From a virus (taxonomy: Duplodnaviria; Caudoviricetes), in IMG/VR virus record IMGVR_UViG_3300020045_011389, positions 1 through 27,825 of that record: a DNA stretch of 27,825 bases. One strand, 5' to 3'. Of the stretch, positions 6,885 to 15,920 are shown piece by piece (position 1 is the stretch's first letter; every line of letters starts with the position of its first letter). The notes under the pieces were generated by a model. The model was not told the DNA's origin and did not search any database. It was given only the letters and a program-made list of their open reading frames with translations. Both the position numbers and the translations under genes were made by a program.

Positions 6885-7811
6885 ATGCTAATATACTCCA
6901 ATACATACAGTTTTACGCTTCCTGATTACATTCCGCAATTAGGAAGTCAAAATCCTGAAATTTATTATTCTAATGAAGATAATTTTGGCGATTATGCTTT
7001 TGTTGGTATTGAGGATTTAGTAAATAATTTTGAGCAAAACTATACCGGTGATTCAACATTGCTTGGCTACATACCTCGTTCAAAAATAATCTATCAAGTA
7101 AAGCAAGGAATTCGCCAATTTACAATGGATTTCTTAAATGAAGTGCGAGTTGTGGAATTGGAATTGAACGATGCAAATAATATCATATTACCGCCCGATT
7201 ATTTGAACTATGTAAGAATCTCTTGGGTTGACCAAAGAACAGGTAGAATACGTCCGATGTCACAAAATCGCCATACTCCATTAGGAACCGCGTATTTACA
7301 AGATAATGTAGGCGACATACTTTTTGACAACGACGGCGAAATATTAGAAGGCACAACAGCCATTGAAGCGATTAACGATAATTTACCGGCAAATCCAAGT
7401 GATTATCCTAATTATCCATACGGTTGTTTTGGAATTTATTCAAGATACCAATTAGACCCGATTTTTAATTACGACACGACGATTAATAGCAACGGAACAT
7501 TCAATATCAATGATAAAAGAATTCATTTTGGAGCCGATAGCGAGTCGAGAATAATCTTGTTAGAATACATTTCTGATGGATTGCAAGTCGCGGAAGATGA
7601 GATGCGTTTGCATAAATTTGCCGAAATTGCGCTTTATGATTATTGCCAATATAATTTAGGTAAAAACTCTATCAGATTGCCGGATTATGAAAAGCGTAAT
7701 TTGAAAAAAACATACGACACATCATCAAGAAACGCGAGATTGAAACTTTTAAAAATTAATCCGACAGAATTTATCCAAATGTGGAAAGCCGGAAAGACAA
7801 CAATTAGGTAG
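6885..7811 (+). CDS. Tail ring/structural protein
   Basis: EDLVNNF...IIYQVKQGIRQF, LPPDYLNYVRISWVD and ILLEYISDG are recalled from structural proteins of this group. Position fits. Confidence 0.7.
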   Translation: MLIYSNTYSFTLPDYIPQLGSQNPEIYYSNEDNFGDYAFVGIEDLVNNFEQNYTGDSTLLGYIPRSKIIYQVKQGIRQFTMDFLNEVRVVELELNDANNIILPPDYLNYVRISWVDQRTGRIRPMSQNRHTPLGTAYLQDNVGDILFDNDGEILEGTTAIEAINDNLPANPSDYPNYPYGCFGIYSRYQLDPIFNYDTTINSNGTFNINDKRIHFGADSESRIILLEYISDGLQVAEDEMRLHKFAEIALYDYCQYNLGKNSIRLPDYEKRNLKKTYDTSSRNARLKLLKINPTEFIQMWKAGKTTIR

Positions 7812-7814
7812 ATT

Positions 7815-8714
7815 ATGATAGGAATTTATAAAATAACAAGCCCTACAGGTAAAATTTACATTGGTCAAACCGTCAATGACAAAGCAAGGCTAAGACATTA
7901 TAGAACGCATAATTGCAAAGGACAAAAAGCACTTTACGCATCACTTCAAAAGTATCATTTTAAAAATCATACCTTTGAAATTATTGAAGAATGCGAAGTA
8001 GAAATACTTAACGATAGAGAGCGTTATTGGCAAGACCACTACGATAGTGCGGGAAGAAATGGGCTAAATTGCAGGGTTACAAAATCATCAGACAAGTCAG
8101 GTTATTTTTCGGAAGAAACAAAAAAAAAGATGTCAGAGTCTGCTAAAGTTAAAATATTCACAGAGGAACATAGAAAAAAAATAGGTGATTTTAGTAGAGG
8201 TAAAAAAAGACCTGACATCTCCGAAAGACAGAGAGGTAGAAAGTTTCCCCCCGGCACTTTTAAAAAAGGAATTGAAAATGCAAATTATGGAAGAAAGCAT
8301 ACGGAAGAATCGAGAAAAAAAATGTCAGAAGCTCAAAAAGGGAAATGGGTAGGAGAGAAAAACTATTGGTACGGAAAGAAAAACCCGCATTTAGCAGAGT
8401 ATAATAAAAATCTAAAAAAAGAAGACAGGTATTTTTACGGAAAACATCTTTCGGATGAGCATAAAGAAAAACTAAGACAATCTAATTTAGGACTAAAAAG
8501 AACAGAAGGGACAAAGAAAAACATTTCTATTTCTGCTAAAAAAAGATACGAGACTCAAAGACATCCAAGAAGTAAATATGTTTTGCATTTAGAGACAGGT
8601 GTTTTTTTTGAAACCGCAAAGGAAGCGTCCGAAACTTTTGGAATAAACAAAACCACATTAATATCTATGCTTGGCGGTTACAACTTTAATAGAACATCCT
8701 TAATTTACGCCTAA
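7815..8714 (+). CDS. Free-standing GIY-YIG homing endonuclease with NUMOD3 repeats
   Basis: GIYKITSPTGKIYIGQT, catalytic-type R/E/N (RLRHY, DRERYW, GLN), about five NUMOD3-like repeats (e.g. HTEESRKKMSEAQKG) and a C-terminal HTH (FETAKEASETFGI). Confidence 0.93.
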   Translation: MIGIYKITSPTGKIYIGQTVNDKARLRHYRTHNCKGQKALYASLQKYHFKNHTFEIIEECEVEILNDRERYWQDHYDSAGRNGLNCRVTKSSDKSGYFSEETKKKMSESAKVKIFTEEHRKKIGDFSRGKKRPDISERQRGRKFPPGTFKKGIENANYGRKHTEESRKKMSEAQKGKWVGEKNYWYGKKNPHLAEYNKNLKKEDRYFYGKHLSDEHKEKLRQSNLGLKRTEGTKKNISISAKKRYETQRHPRSKYVLHLETGVFFETAKEASETFGINKTTLISMLGGYNFNRTSLIYA

Positions 8715-11700
8715 TGAAAATCCAAAATAATTTTACGCAAGCAATAATCGACCGTGATTCCGACGAAAGGTTTACGAATGGTGCATTAATTGGCGAACCA
8801 AAAAACATTCAAGTTTTTAATGGCGGAATCAATCAAGCCGGCGTACTCAAAAACATTCCCGGCAACGTAAAAAAATCCGATTACGCAAATGACGTAAATT
8901 ACTCGTATGCCGGCGCAAGAACAATAGGAGTAGGTAGAAATGATTCTGACGAAAAGATTTACCACTTTGTAAAGGCTACGGGATTTGATTATATCATTGA
9001 ATTTAATACTTTAACTTTTCAATCTACATTAATACTTGGCGCAACAACAGGCGGAGTGCTTAATTTTCAAGAGAGAATTACCAATGTAGATATTTTTATA
9101 GATGCAGTTACGCAAGATGTGATATTGTTTTGGTCTGGAGATTCTAATCCGCCAAGGTGCGTAAACGTAGAAACTGCAAAAACTTGGGGAATAAACGCAT
9201 TTACAAATGATGAGATTTCAGTAATGAAACCGTCACCAATATTTGCTCCCGAAATAAATTTAACCACAAGCGTTGACGGAGTAGAAAATAATTTCATTGA
9301 AGATAAAATGTTATGCTTTGCGTACCGATATAAATTCAGCGATGGATATTATTCAGCGCCGAGTTCATGGTCAAAAGTAGCGTTTACGCCAAGAGAATTC
9401 AACTTAGACTATCAGACCTATGAAAATTTAGGAATGTTGAATTTGTCTAATGCGGTTGATATTGATTTTAATACCGGTGGACGAGATGTAGTTGAAGTGG
9501 ATTTATTGTTTAGACAAAGTGATTCTACAATTATTTATGTAATTGAGCAATTTGTAAAATCTGAGCAAGGTTGGGCTGATGATTCGGTTCAGTCTTTCCA
9601 ATTTAGCAAATCGAAAATTTACACCACATTAACCGACGATCAATTTTTTAGAAACTTCGATAACGTACCATTAACAACAGTTGCCCAAACAATTATCGGG
9701 AACAGAATTGCTTATGCTAATTTTGTTGAAGGTAGAGATTTAGGCGTTGTTATTGATTTCGATGTAGCATTAGTTACAGAAGAACCGTTTTCAAGTGAAA
9801 TTGAAGGCGCTTCTATTGATTATGACGGAGCCGTTGATTATTCAAATCAAATTGATTTTGAGCAAGGCACACAAGTAAGCGGTTCAAATCCAATTGACCA
9901 AATGAATTTCACTACTAATACAGTAGCGGTTAATTTAGCAGTTACTGGTTCGCCAAATCAAGCGGGATTATTTGTCACAATTGTACCACAATCAGGATTT
10001 TCACTTGTAGAATACACCGTTACCTTAAAAGATGGCGCAACAGTATTGCAATCGGCTACCGGATTAACAGGAACCGAAATAGTAAGCTACACCACAAACT
10101 CAAATAAAAACGTTCAGATATACGTTACTTCCGATGAGGGATTAATTTATGACTGTAATTTAAGTTACAGACTTTTCAATATTACAACGGATATTTCGAC
10201 ATACTTATACCAAGCATACCATCAATTATCGTTTCCTAAAAGCGGTGGTTATGGAGCGACTTTGGTTGGAGATATTGTAATTGACCAAGTTGCACAATTT
10301 GACATGACCGGTTATCAATTTACATCGGGAAATCAAATAAGAATTAATTTAGCGTTGCAATCATCTTTAGTTGAAGCACACGCACCATCGGTTACTTTCT
10401 TTTATAACTTAACCGATAATTATACCGATTTAACTGATTTCTTGGCGAATTCAGGGTTTTCATATCAACTACAAACAGTTTTTTCTCAAACATTTGAGAA
10501 TAATTTCCAAAGTGGCGCCGGTACATTTGTATCAATAACGAATTTTGTTGTTTCGCAAAGCGGTAGTTTATTACAAGTTAGAACGCCAATTATCGTTTAT
10601 AACGTAACCGAACCAAGTGGGATAATTGAAAACAAAAACGAATTTTATTTAGTTACAAGTTCGGATTTACAGACAGTTGACCAAAATGCCTTTACATCAT
10701 TACACTCAAATAGAGATTATGAAGTAGGACTTATTTATATGGACGAGCAAGGGCGTAAAACCACTGTTCTTAATTCAGCAAGCAACACAATTTATGTTCC
10801 TGCGGATAACTCAGATTTAACCAATAAGTTACAAGTAACAATAAACAACACCCCGCCGACTTGGGCTAAATATTACAAATTTGCCATTAAGCAAGTCAAA
10901 AGAGATTACGACATTATCTACGGAAATAAAGTCTACACAGACGGAATTTACCGATGGATAAAACTCGAAGGCGAAAGTAAAAACAAAGTAAACGAAGGCG
11001 ATTTGCTTACTGTAAAAACAGATTACTCCGGAGCTTTAGAAGAAGTTAGAAAAGCTAAGGTTTTAGAGGTTGTAACTCAATCTGAGAACTTCCTTTCAGG
11101 AAATGTGTTATCTAATGGTGACGAATTACTCGAAGAAGCCGGATTGTACTTTAAAATAAAACAAGGAGATTTTAATATTAACGTCACACAAGACGATTTT
11201 AGGTCATATATTGGTTTTGGGAAAAGAAGATACGCTACTCGGTCATTCGTGACAACAGAGCCTTTTTTTGGATTCTACGACGACATGAGCGTTTGGGTTC
11301 CTGATGCTATTCCTGCCGGGACAATAGTTAATTTTAAAATAGTAATTAAAGCATACGGAGCTATATCTTTTAATGAGACATTGGACATGATTTTTACCGC
11401 GCAAGATGATTATGCGGATATGCAAGCATTCTTTACTGCTGAAATACAAAGCGACCCGACTTTTACTGCTTACGCAAATGATTATTTAAGAGATTGGCAA
11501 TTTACAACCCCTGATTCTCAAAGTTTTCAAGTTAAACCTTGGAGAGACGGTACTGCGACAAGAGATATTATCACAACCGTAGAGTTTAACGTAAACTTTG
11601 CCGGCGGAACATTGGTATTCGAAACTGAGCCAATCGAGCAATTAAATTCTGTATTCTTTGAAACTCCGGAAACTTATACAATTACTGCCGGAGCGCACGA

Positions 11701-13099
11701 ATTTACAACTCATTTATTAGACGATGCGTTTAACTGTTTTGCTTTTGGAAACGGTGTTGAAAGTTATAAAGTTAGAGACGGAATGAACGAAAAATCGTTT
11801 AGCATTGATTCTAACCCATCCGATATTAACAAAGAAGGCTACCGTCAATTAACGCGATTTGCCGATATTACTTATTCAGAAATTTACAATTCAAACACAA
11901 ATGTAAACAGACTGAATGAATTTAACTTGTCGCTTGCTAATTACAAGGACGACGTAGAGAAGACATACGGGGCTATTTTTAAATTAAAAGGCAAAGACAA
12001 TAACCTTGACGTTTTCCAAGAAGACAAAGTAAGTATCGTGTATTACGAAAAGGATTTGTTGTTTAATGCCGACGGAACCACGAACTTAACCGGTGTTCCG
12101 CAAGTTCTTGGTCAACAAAAAACATATCCTTCTGAAAATGGAATTTCTCAACATCCGCAAAGTTATGATGACTACGCTACCAATGATTATTTCACAGATG
12201 TAAAACGCGGTGTTGTAATCAAGAAAAACGAAAGCAACGGATTATTTGAGATTTCAAGTCAAGGAATGAGAAGTTATTTCAAAGAATTATTCCGAGACAA
12301 TACAATTACGCATATTCGAGGTCAATACGACCAATACTATGATATTTACATCCTAAATATCCAAATGAATGAAAGCGATTTCGTTACTTGGCTTTATAGC
12401 GATAAAGACAACGGTTGGCTGAGTACACAAACTTTCAACCCAGAAGAAATGATTCGAGTAAACGGAAACTTATACTCATTCAAAAACGGAGAAGTTTATA
12501 TTCATAATCAAGAAGTCGATGGAGCAACACCAAATTACAACAAATTCTACGGAGTTGATTATGATAGCGAAGCGAGTTTTAATTTTTCGCAGGAACCCTC
12601 GACTCGTAAGATGTTTAAAACGATAGAAATGGACGGGACTGACGCTTGGCAAATTGCTCTTGAAACAAATTTAGATGAAGGGTATGTAAATATCGCTGAT
12701 TTTGAATGGAAAGAGGGAATTTATTACGGATATATTCGTTATAACAATGGAATTCAAGATACTGCACTATTAAGTTTTCAAGGAATAGGCACGACCACTA
12801 TTAATGGATTGGTTTTGGAATTTGATTTTGATTTTGATCCGATTATATCTGTTGGCGATGTGGTTTTAAATTCTAATTTGCAAATTGTTGGAACGATATT
12901 GTCAAAAACCGAAAACACACTAACATTAGATGTCGTAAATAACCTTGTTTCGGGAGATTTTGTATTAGCAAGCAAGCCGAATAGTGTCCAACAGCAGAAT
13001 TTACTTGGTTATTACATGAAAGTTACAATGACTCTTGGGAAATCTGAAAGAACCGAATTATTTTCAGTTTCAAGCGAGGTAAGTAAATCTTTTCAATGA
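8714..13099 (+). CDS. Tail nozzle / stabilization protein (P22 gp10, crAss muzzle-like)
   Basis: 1461 aa, beta-rich. Motifs LFWSGDSNPPRCVN, FAYRYKFSDG, GNRIAYANFVEG, SLHSNRDYEVGLIYMDEQGR, NRLNEFNLS and YFTDVKRGVV. It precedes the ejection genes. Confidence 0.8.
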   Translation: MKIQNNFTQAIIDRDSDERFTNGALIGEPKNIQVFNGGINQAGVLKNIPGNVKKSDYANDVNYSYAGARTIGVGRNDSDEKIYHFVKATGFDYIIEFNTLTFQSTLILGATTGGVLNFQERITNVDIFIDAVTQDVILFWSGDSNPPRCVNVETAKTWGINAFTNDEISVMKPSPIFAPEINLTTSVDGVENNFIEDKMLCFAYRYKFSDGYYSAPSSWSKVAFTPREFNLDYQTYENLGMLNLSNAVDIDFNTGGRDVVEVDLLFRQSDSTIIYVIEQFVKSEQGWADDSVQSFQFSKSKIYTTLTDDQFFRNFDNVPLTTVAQTIIGNRIAYANFVEGRDLGVVIDFDVALVTEEPFSSEIEGASIDYDGAVDYSNQIDFEQGTQVSGSNPIDQMNFTTNTVAVNLAVTGSPNQAGLFVTIVPQSGFSLVEYTVTLKDGATVLQSATGLTGTEIVSYTTNSNKNVQIYVTSDEGLIYDCNLSYRLFNITTDISTYLYQAYHQLSFPKSGGYGATLVGDIVIDQVAQFDMTGYQFTSGNQIRINLALQSSLVEAHAPSVTFFYNLTDNYTDLTDFLANSGFSYQLQTVFSQTFENNFQSGAGTFVSITNFVVSQSGSLLQVRTPIIVYNVTEPSGIIENKNEFYLVTSSDLQTVDQNAFTSLHSNRDYEVGLIYMDEQGRKTTVLNSASNTIYVPADNSDLTNKLQVTINNTPPTWAKYYKFAIKQVKRDYDIIYGNKVYTDGIYRWIKLEGESKNKVNEGDLLTVKTDYSGALEEVRKAKVLEVVTQSENFLSGNVLSNGDELLEEAGLYFKIKQGDFNINVTQDDFRSYIGFGKRRYATRSFVTTEPFFGFYDDMSVWVPDAIPAGTIVNFKIVIKAYGAISFNETLDMIFTAQDDYADMQAFFTAEIQSDPTFTAYANDYLRDWQFTTPDSQSFQVKPWRDGTATRDIITTVEFNVNFAGGTLVFETEPIEQLNSVFFETPETYTITAGAHEFTTHLLDDAFNCFAFGNGVESYKVRDGMNEKSFSIDSNPSDINKEGYRQLTRFADITYSEIYNSNTNVNRLNEFNLSLANYKDDVEKTYGAIFKLKGKDNNLDVFQEDKVSIVYYEKDLLFNADGTTNLTGVPQVLGQQKTYPSENGISQHPQSYDDYATNDYFTDVKRGVVIKKNESNGLFEISSQGMRSYFKELFRDNTITHIRGQYDQYYDIYILNIQMNESDFVTWLYSDKDNGWLSTQTFNPEEMIRVNGNLYSFKNGEVYIHNQEVDGATPNYNKFYGVDYDSEASFNFSQEPSTRKMFKTIEMDGTDAWQIALETNLDEGYVNIADFEWKEGIYYGYIRYNNGIQDTALLSFQGIGTTTINGLVLEFDFDFDPIISVGDVVLNSNLQIVGTILSKTENTLTLDVVNNLVSGDFVLASKPNSVQQQNLLGYYMKVTMTLGKSERTELFSVSSEVSKSFQ

Positions 13100-13105
13100 T
13101 TTTAG

Positions 13106-13113
13106 TATCTTTG
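13106..13113 (+). promoter_or_regulatory. -7 element TATCTTTG upstream of the ejection-protein genes
   Basis: Same octamer as at 4504 and 6040, intergenic, 20 nt before the ATG. The 19-bp upstream box is absent. Confidence 0.5.
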
Positions 13114-13133
13114 TCATAATTAATTGAATTAAA

Positions 13134-13538
13134 ATGCAGTACACGGTAAAGAAACATTTAAAAGAGGAGTTTTATGATGAGTTTTCAAAATTATTAGACA
13201 AGCATCATTTCCCAAGAATAAACGATAAAGTTTTGCCTGAAATATGTTTTGCTGTTTACAACGAAGATAACATAGTTCTTTATTCAATTTGGTTTTATTT
13301 CACAAGTTCAAAAGGATTAGCATGGTTGGCATTTCCGGTTTCAAATAAATCAATTTCGATTAAGAAAAGACGTGGTGCGTTTGAATTATTGCTTGAGCAT
13401 ATTAGTAATTACGCAAAACAGCACGGAATTGTGGCTTTATTTACAACAAGCAGTACCGAAGGAGTTATAGAACCGCTATTGAAAAACGGGTTTGAAATAG
13501 GAGACACAAGGGTGAATCATTACACAAAAAAAATATAG
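13134..13538 (+). CDS. GNAT-fold protein (position of T7 gp13-like acetyltransferases)
   Basis: AWLAFPVSN...RRGAFELLLEHISNYAKQHG...LLKNGF. It lies between the nozzle and the first ejection protein. Confidence 0.65.
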   Translation: MQYTVKKHLKEEFYDEFSKLLDKHHFPRINDKVLPEICFAVYNEDNIVLYSIWFYFTSSKGLAWLAFPVSNKSISIKKRRGAFELLLEHISNYAKQHGIVALFTTSSTEGVIEPLLKNGFEIGDTRVNHYTKKI

Positions 13539-13540
13539 CA

Positions 13541-14224
13541 ATGGGAATAGCATCAGCAGCGTCGGCAGGATTAGGGTTGGTTGGGGGGATTTACAACACC
13601 ATTCAAGGAGCAAAACAAGCAAGGGAGGCAGAAAACGCACTCGAAAATTACAATCGTCAACAACTTTCAAACGTTGCTGAGGGGCTTCAGGTTTCTACTT
13701 TAGGTTCTGATTTGCAAAGAGAAGAACAATCGAGATTGGCTTCGGGTCAAATTGGCGCGTTGAGAGAAAGCGGAACGAGAGGTTTGATTGGCGGATTAGG
13801 ACGCGTATCTCAAGCAAATCAAATGGTCAATCGCCAAATTGGAGCAGATTTAGATATGCAACAAAAGCAAATCGACCAAATGCGTGCTGAAGATGAAGCA
13901 AGAATTCGTGCTATGCAAGAAAACAGAGAACAAAATGACATAAACGCATTGTCAAGCCAAATAAATGCTGGAAGACAAGGACAAGCGACGGGAATATCGC
14001 AAGGAATACAGGGGATTTCTATGATAGGGAATGCTTTTTCGCCACAAACAAGTCAAGGTGCATATCAATACAGAAATTCACAGCCTATAGATAATTCATT
14101 ACAACCAGTAGGAATTCAATCTCAACCACAACAAATTCAAACATCTCCATATCCAACAAGTAGATTTGGTCAATTAGGACAAGGAATGTTTGCTCAGCCT
14201 AACCCTTACACAACACAACAATAA
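13541..14224 (+). CDS. Internal virion/ejection protein 1
   Basis: G/A-rich hydrophobic N-terminus (ASAASAGLGLVGGIY), Q-rich coiled coil, no Cys. Position is typical of podoviruses. Confidence 0.7.
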   Translation: MGIASAASAGLGLVGGIYNTIQGAKQAREAENALENYNRQQLSNVAEGLQVSTLGSDLQREEQSRLASGQIGALRESGTRGLIGGLGRVSQANQMVNRQIGADLDMQQKQIDQMRAEDEARIRAMQENREQNDINALSSQINAGRQGQATGISQGIQGISMIGNAFSPQTSQGAYQYRNSQPIDNSLQPVGIQSQPQQIQTSPYPTSRFGQLGQGMFAQPNPYTTQQ

Positions 14225-14252
14225 TGGCGGTCATAGGACAAAAATATAAGTT

Positions 14253-14429
14253 ATGAAAAACAAATCTAATTCACATAAATTATTGTCTATTTTTTTAAAA
14301 GACCCAAAAAACGATAATATAAAGTTTGATAAATTAATCTGCAAAAATAAACCTGATGGATTTTGTATTGATGTTGATTCTTTGAATAAAGAACAGATTA
14401 TTTTTATTAATAATTTACCAAAAGATTAA
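14253..14429 (+). CDS. 58-aa orphan not in the ORF track (MKNKSNSHKLLSIFLKDPK...NNLPKD)
   Basis: Fills the intergenic gap, has an ATGA overlap with the 10-codon ORF 14224-14256, and stops 2 nt before the next ATG. Confidence 0.55.
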   Translation: MKNKSNSHKLLSIFLKDPKNDNIKFDKLICKNKPDGFCIDVDSLNKEQIIFINNLPKD

Positions 14430-14431
14430 TT

Positions 14432-15904
14432 ATGGCAATTGGAAAAGTTGGGAGTTTTGCCACAGTAGAAGCTCCAAAAGACCCTTTATTAGACACGCTT
14501 CAAAACATTGAGCAAGTCGGTTTTCAAAAAAGAGCCGAACAACGTGCTATTGACGATAAAAAAGCTAAGGCTAAAAAAGAAGATGACGATGCTTTGGCTT
14601 TGAATTTAGCGACATTTCAAGGAAAACCTACGGGAGTTTATAATTTAGACAACGTTCAGTTTGGATTAGCGAAAGAAAGTGCGAATGCTTATGCGGAGAA
14701 TGAGAAAAAGATAAGAGCAACTACCGACCCAAATGAAAAAGCAAAATACCAATTAGCGAATTTGAATTTAAAAAACAACTTCAACAATGCTAAAGGTGGT
14801 ATAGATTTGTTTTTCAATAAATACAAAGAAGTTCAAGACAGAATAAAATCAGGGAACATTAATCCGGAAGACGAAAAAGATTTACTTAGTGATGTTCAGT
14901 CATTAAACAATATGGGTGTTCGTGTTGATGAAAACGGAAATTGGAAATTTTCCACATACCAAAAAGACGACAAAGGTAATTTGACAAATGTTGTTGTTAA
15001 TGACTCGGATATGAATGGCGTTTTAGGTATTATGGATAGATTCTCAAAATCTAATTATGGCGATTTTAAAAAACAATTTCTTGATGATAATAAATTGTCT
15101 GAAACTGAAATCCAAAGTGGCTTTACTACCGAAACCAAGAAAAAAGTTGACGAAAGAATAAAACAACAAGCAATGAATGCAGGTATCGCTATCGCAAATC
15201 AAGATAGCGAAATGTATCAAAAACTCCTTGAAATTGACGGCGTTAAGAAAAGAAAATTCACAGATGAAGACCGAAAAAGAGTAGCTGATTACGTTGCTAA
15301 TGATTTAGTTAAGTCTTACGGGGAACAATACAAAAAAGACATTGACCAAGCGGGGATATTGGCTTCTCAAAAAAGAAACGACGAAAAGAAAAAAGAAGAA
15401 ATTCAAAAGACTATTGCTAATTTCACCGATGAAAAAGACGAAGCTACAGGAAAAACATTTACAACAAGAAATAAAAAAATGCTTTCGTTTAGAGAAAAAG
15501 ATATTCCTTTCAAAAACTTAGGAGGAAGTAAGTCAGGATTAAACTCTGGATTTGTCTCAAACTTTGTTCTTCAAAATGATGACGAGGTAGTGATAATTGG
15601 TAAAGCATTAATTGATAAAGGGCAAAAATTCAAAGTTGGAGGAAAAGACGTAGGGCTTGGGCAACTTTTCGCAATGCAAGAAGACAATACTAATCCTCAA
15701 CTTCAAGAGGAAGCTAAAGCTGCGTTAGACAGCTACAATATAGCTGCTAATTATCAGAAATTTGTAAGAACGGTTGGTGGTGACGAATTGGGAATGTTAG
15801 CAGCCCAAGCAGGATATACCTCGGATGAAGAATTGAAAGAGGAGTTAAGAAGAATTAACGGCAAAAAAAAATTATCTATTGCCGACAAAAAAGGATTGAA
15901 TTAA
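14432..15904 (+). CDS. Internal virion/ejection protein 2
   Basis: 490 aa, helical, K/D/E/Q-rich, no Cys. It lies between ejection genes. Confidence 0.65.
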   Translation: MAIGKVGSFATVEAPKDPLLDTLQNIEQVGFQKRAEQRAIDDKKAKAKKEDDDALALNLATFQGKPTGVYNLDNVQFGLAKESANAYAENEKKIRATTDPNEKAKYQLANLNLKNNFNNAKGGIDLFFNKYKEVQDRIKSGNINPEDEKDLLSDVQSLNNMGVRVDENGNWKFSTYQKDDKGNLTNVVVNDSDMNGVLGIMDRFSKSNYGDFKKQFLDDNKLSETEIQSGFTTETKKKVDERIKQQAMNAGIAIANQDSEMYQKLLEIDGVKKRKFTDEDRKRVADYVANDLVKSYGEQYKKDIDQAGILASQKRNDEKKKEEIQKTIANFTDEKDEATGKTFTTRNKKMLSFREKDIPFKNLGGSKSGLNSGFVSNFVLQNDDEVVIIGKALIDKGQKFKVGGKDVGLGQLFAMQEDNTNPQLQEEAKAALDSYNIAANYQKFVRTVGGDELGMLAAQAGYTSDEELKEELRRINGKKKLSIADKKGLN

Positions 15905-15920
15905 TTTAAAGTTAAATAAA

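Noticed and set aside
7815-8714. Group I intron around the GIY-YIG ORF
   Set aside because: There is no non-coding flank, and both neighbouring genes look complete.
15863-15871. A9 run near the end of the 490-aa gene as a fusion frameshift into the giant gene
   Set aside because: Both shifted frames stop before 15921.
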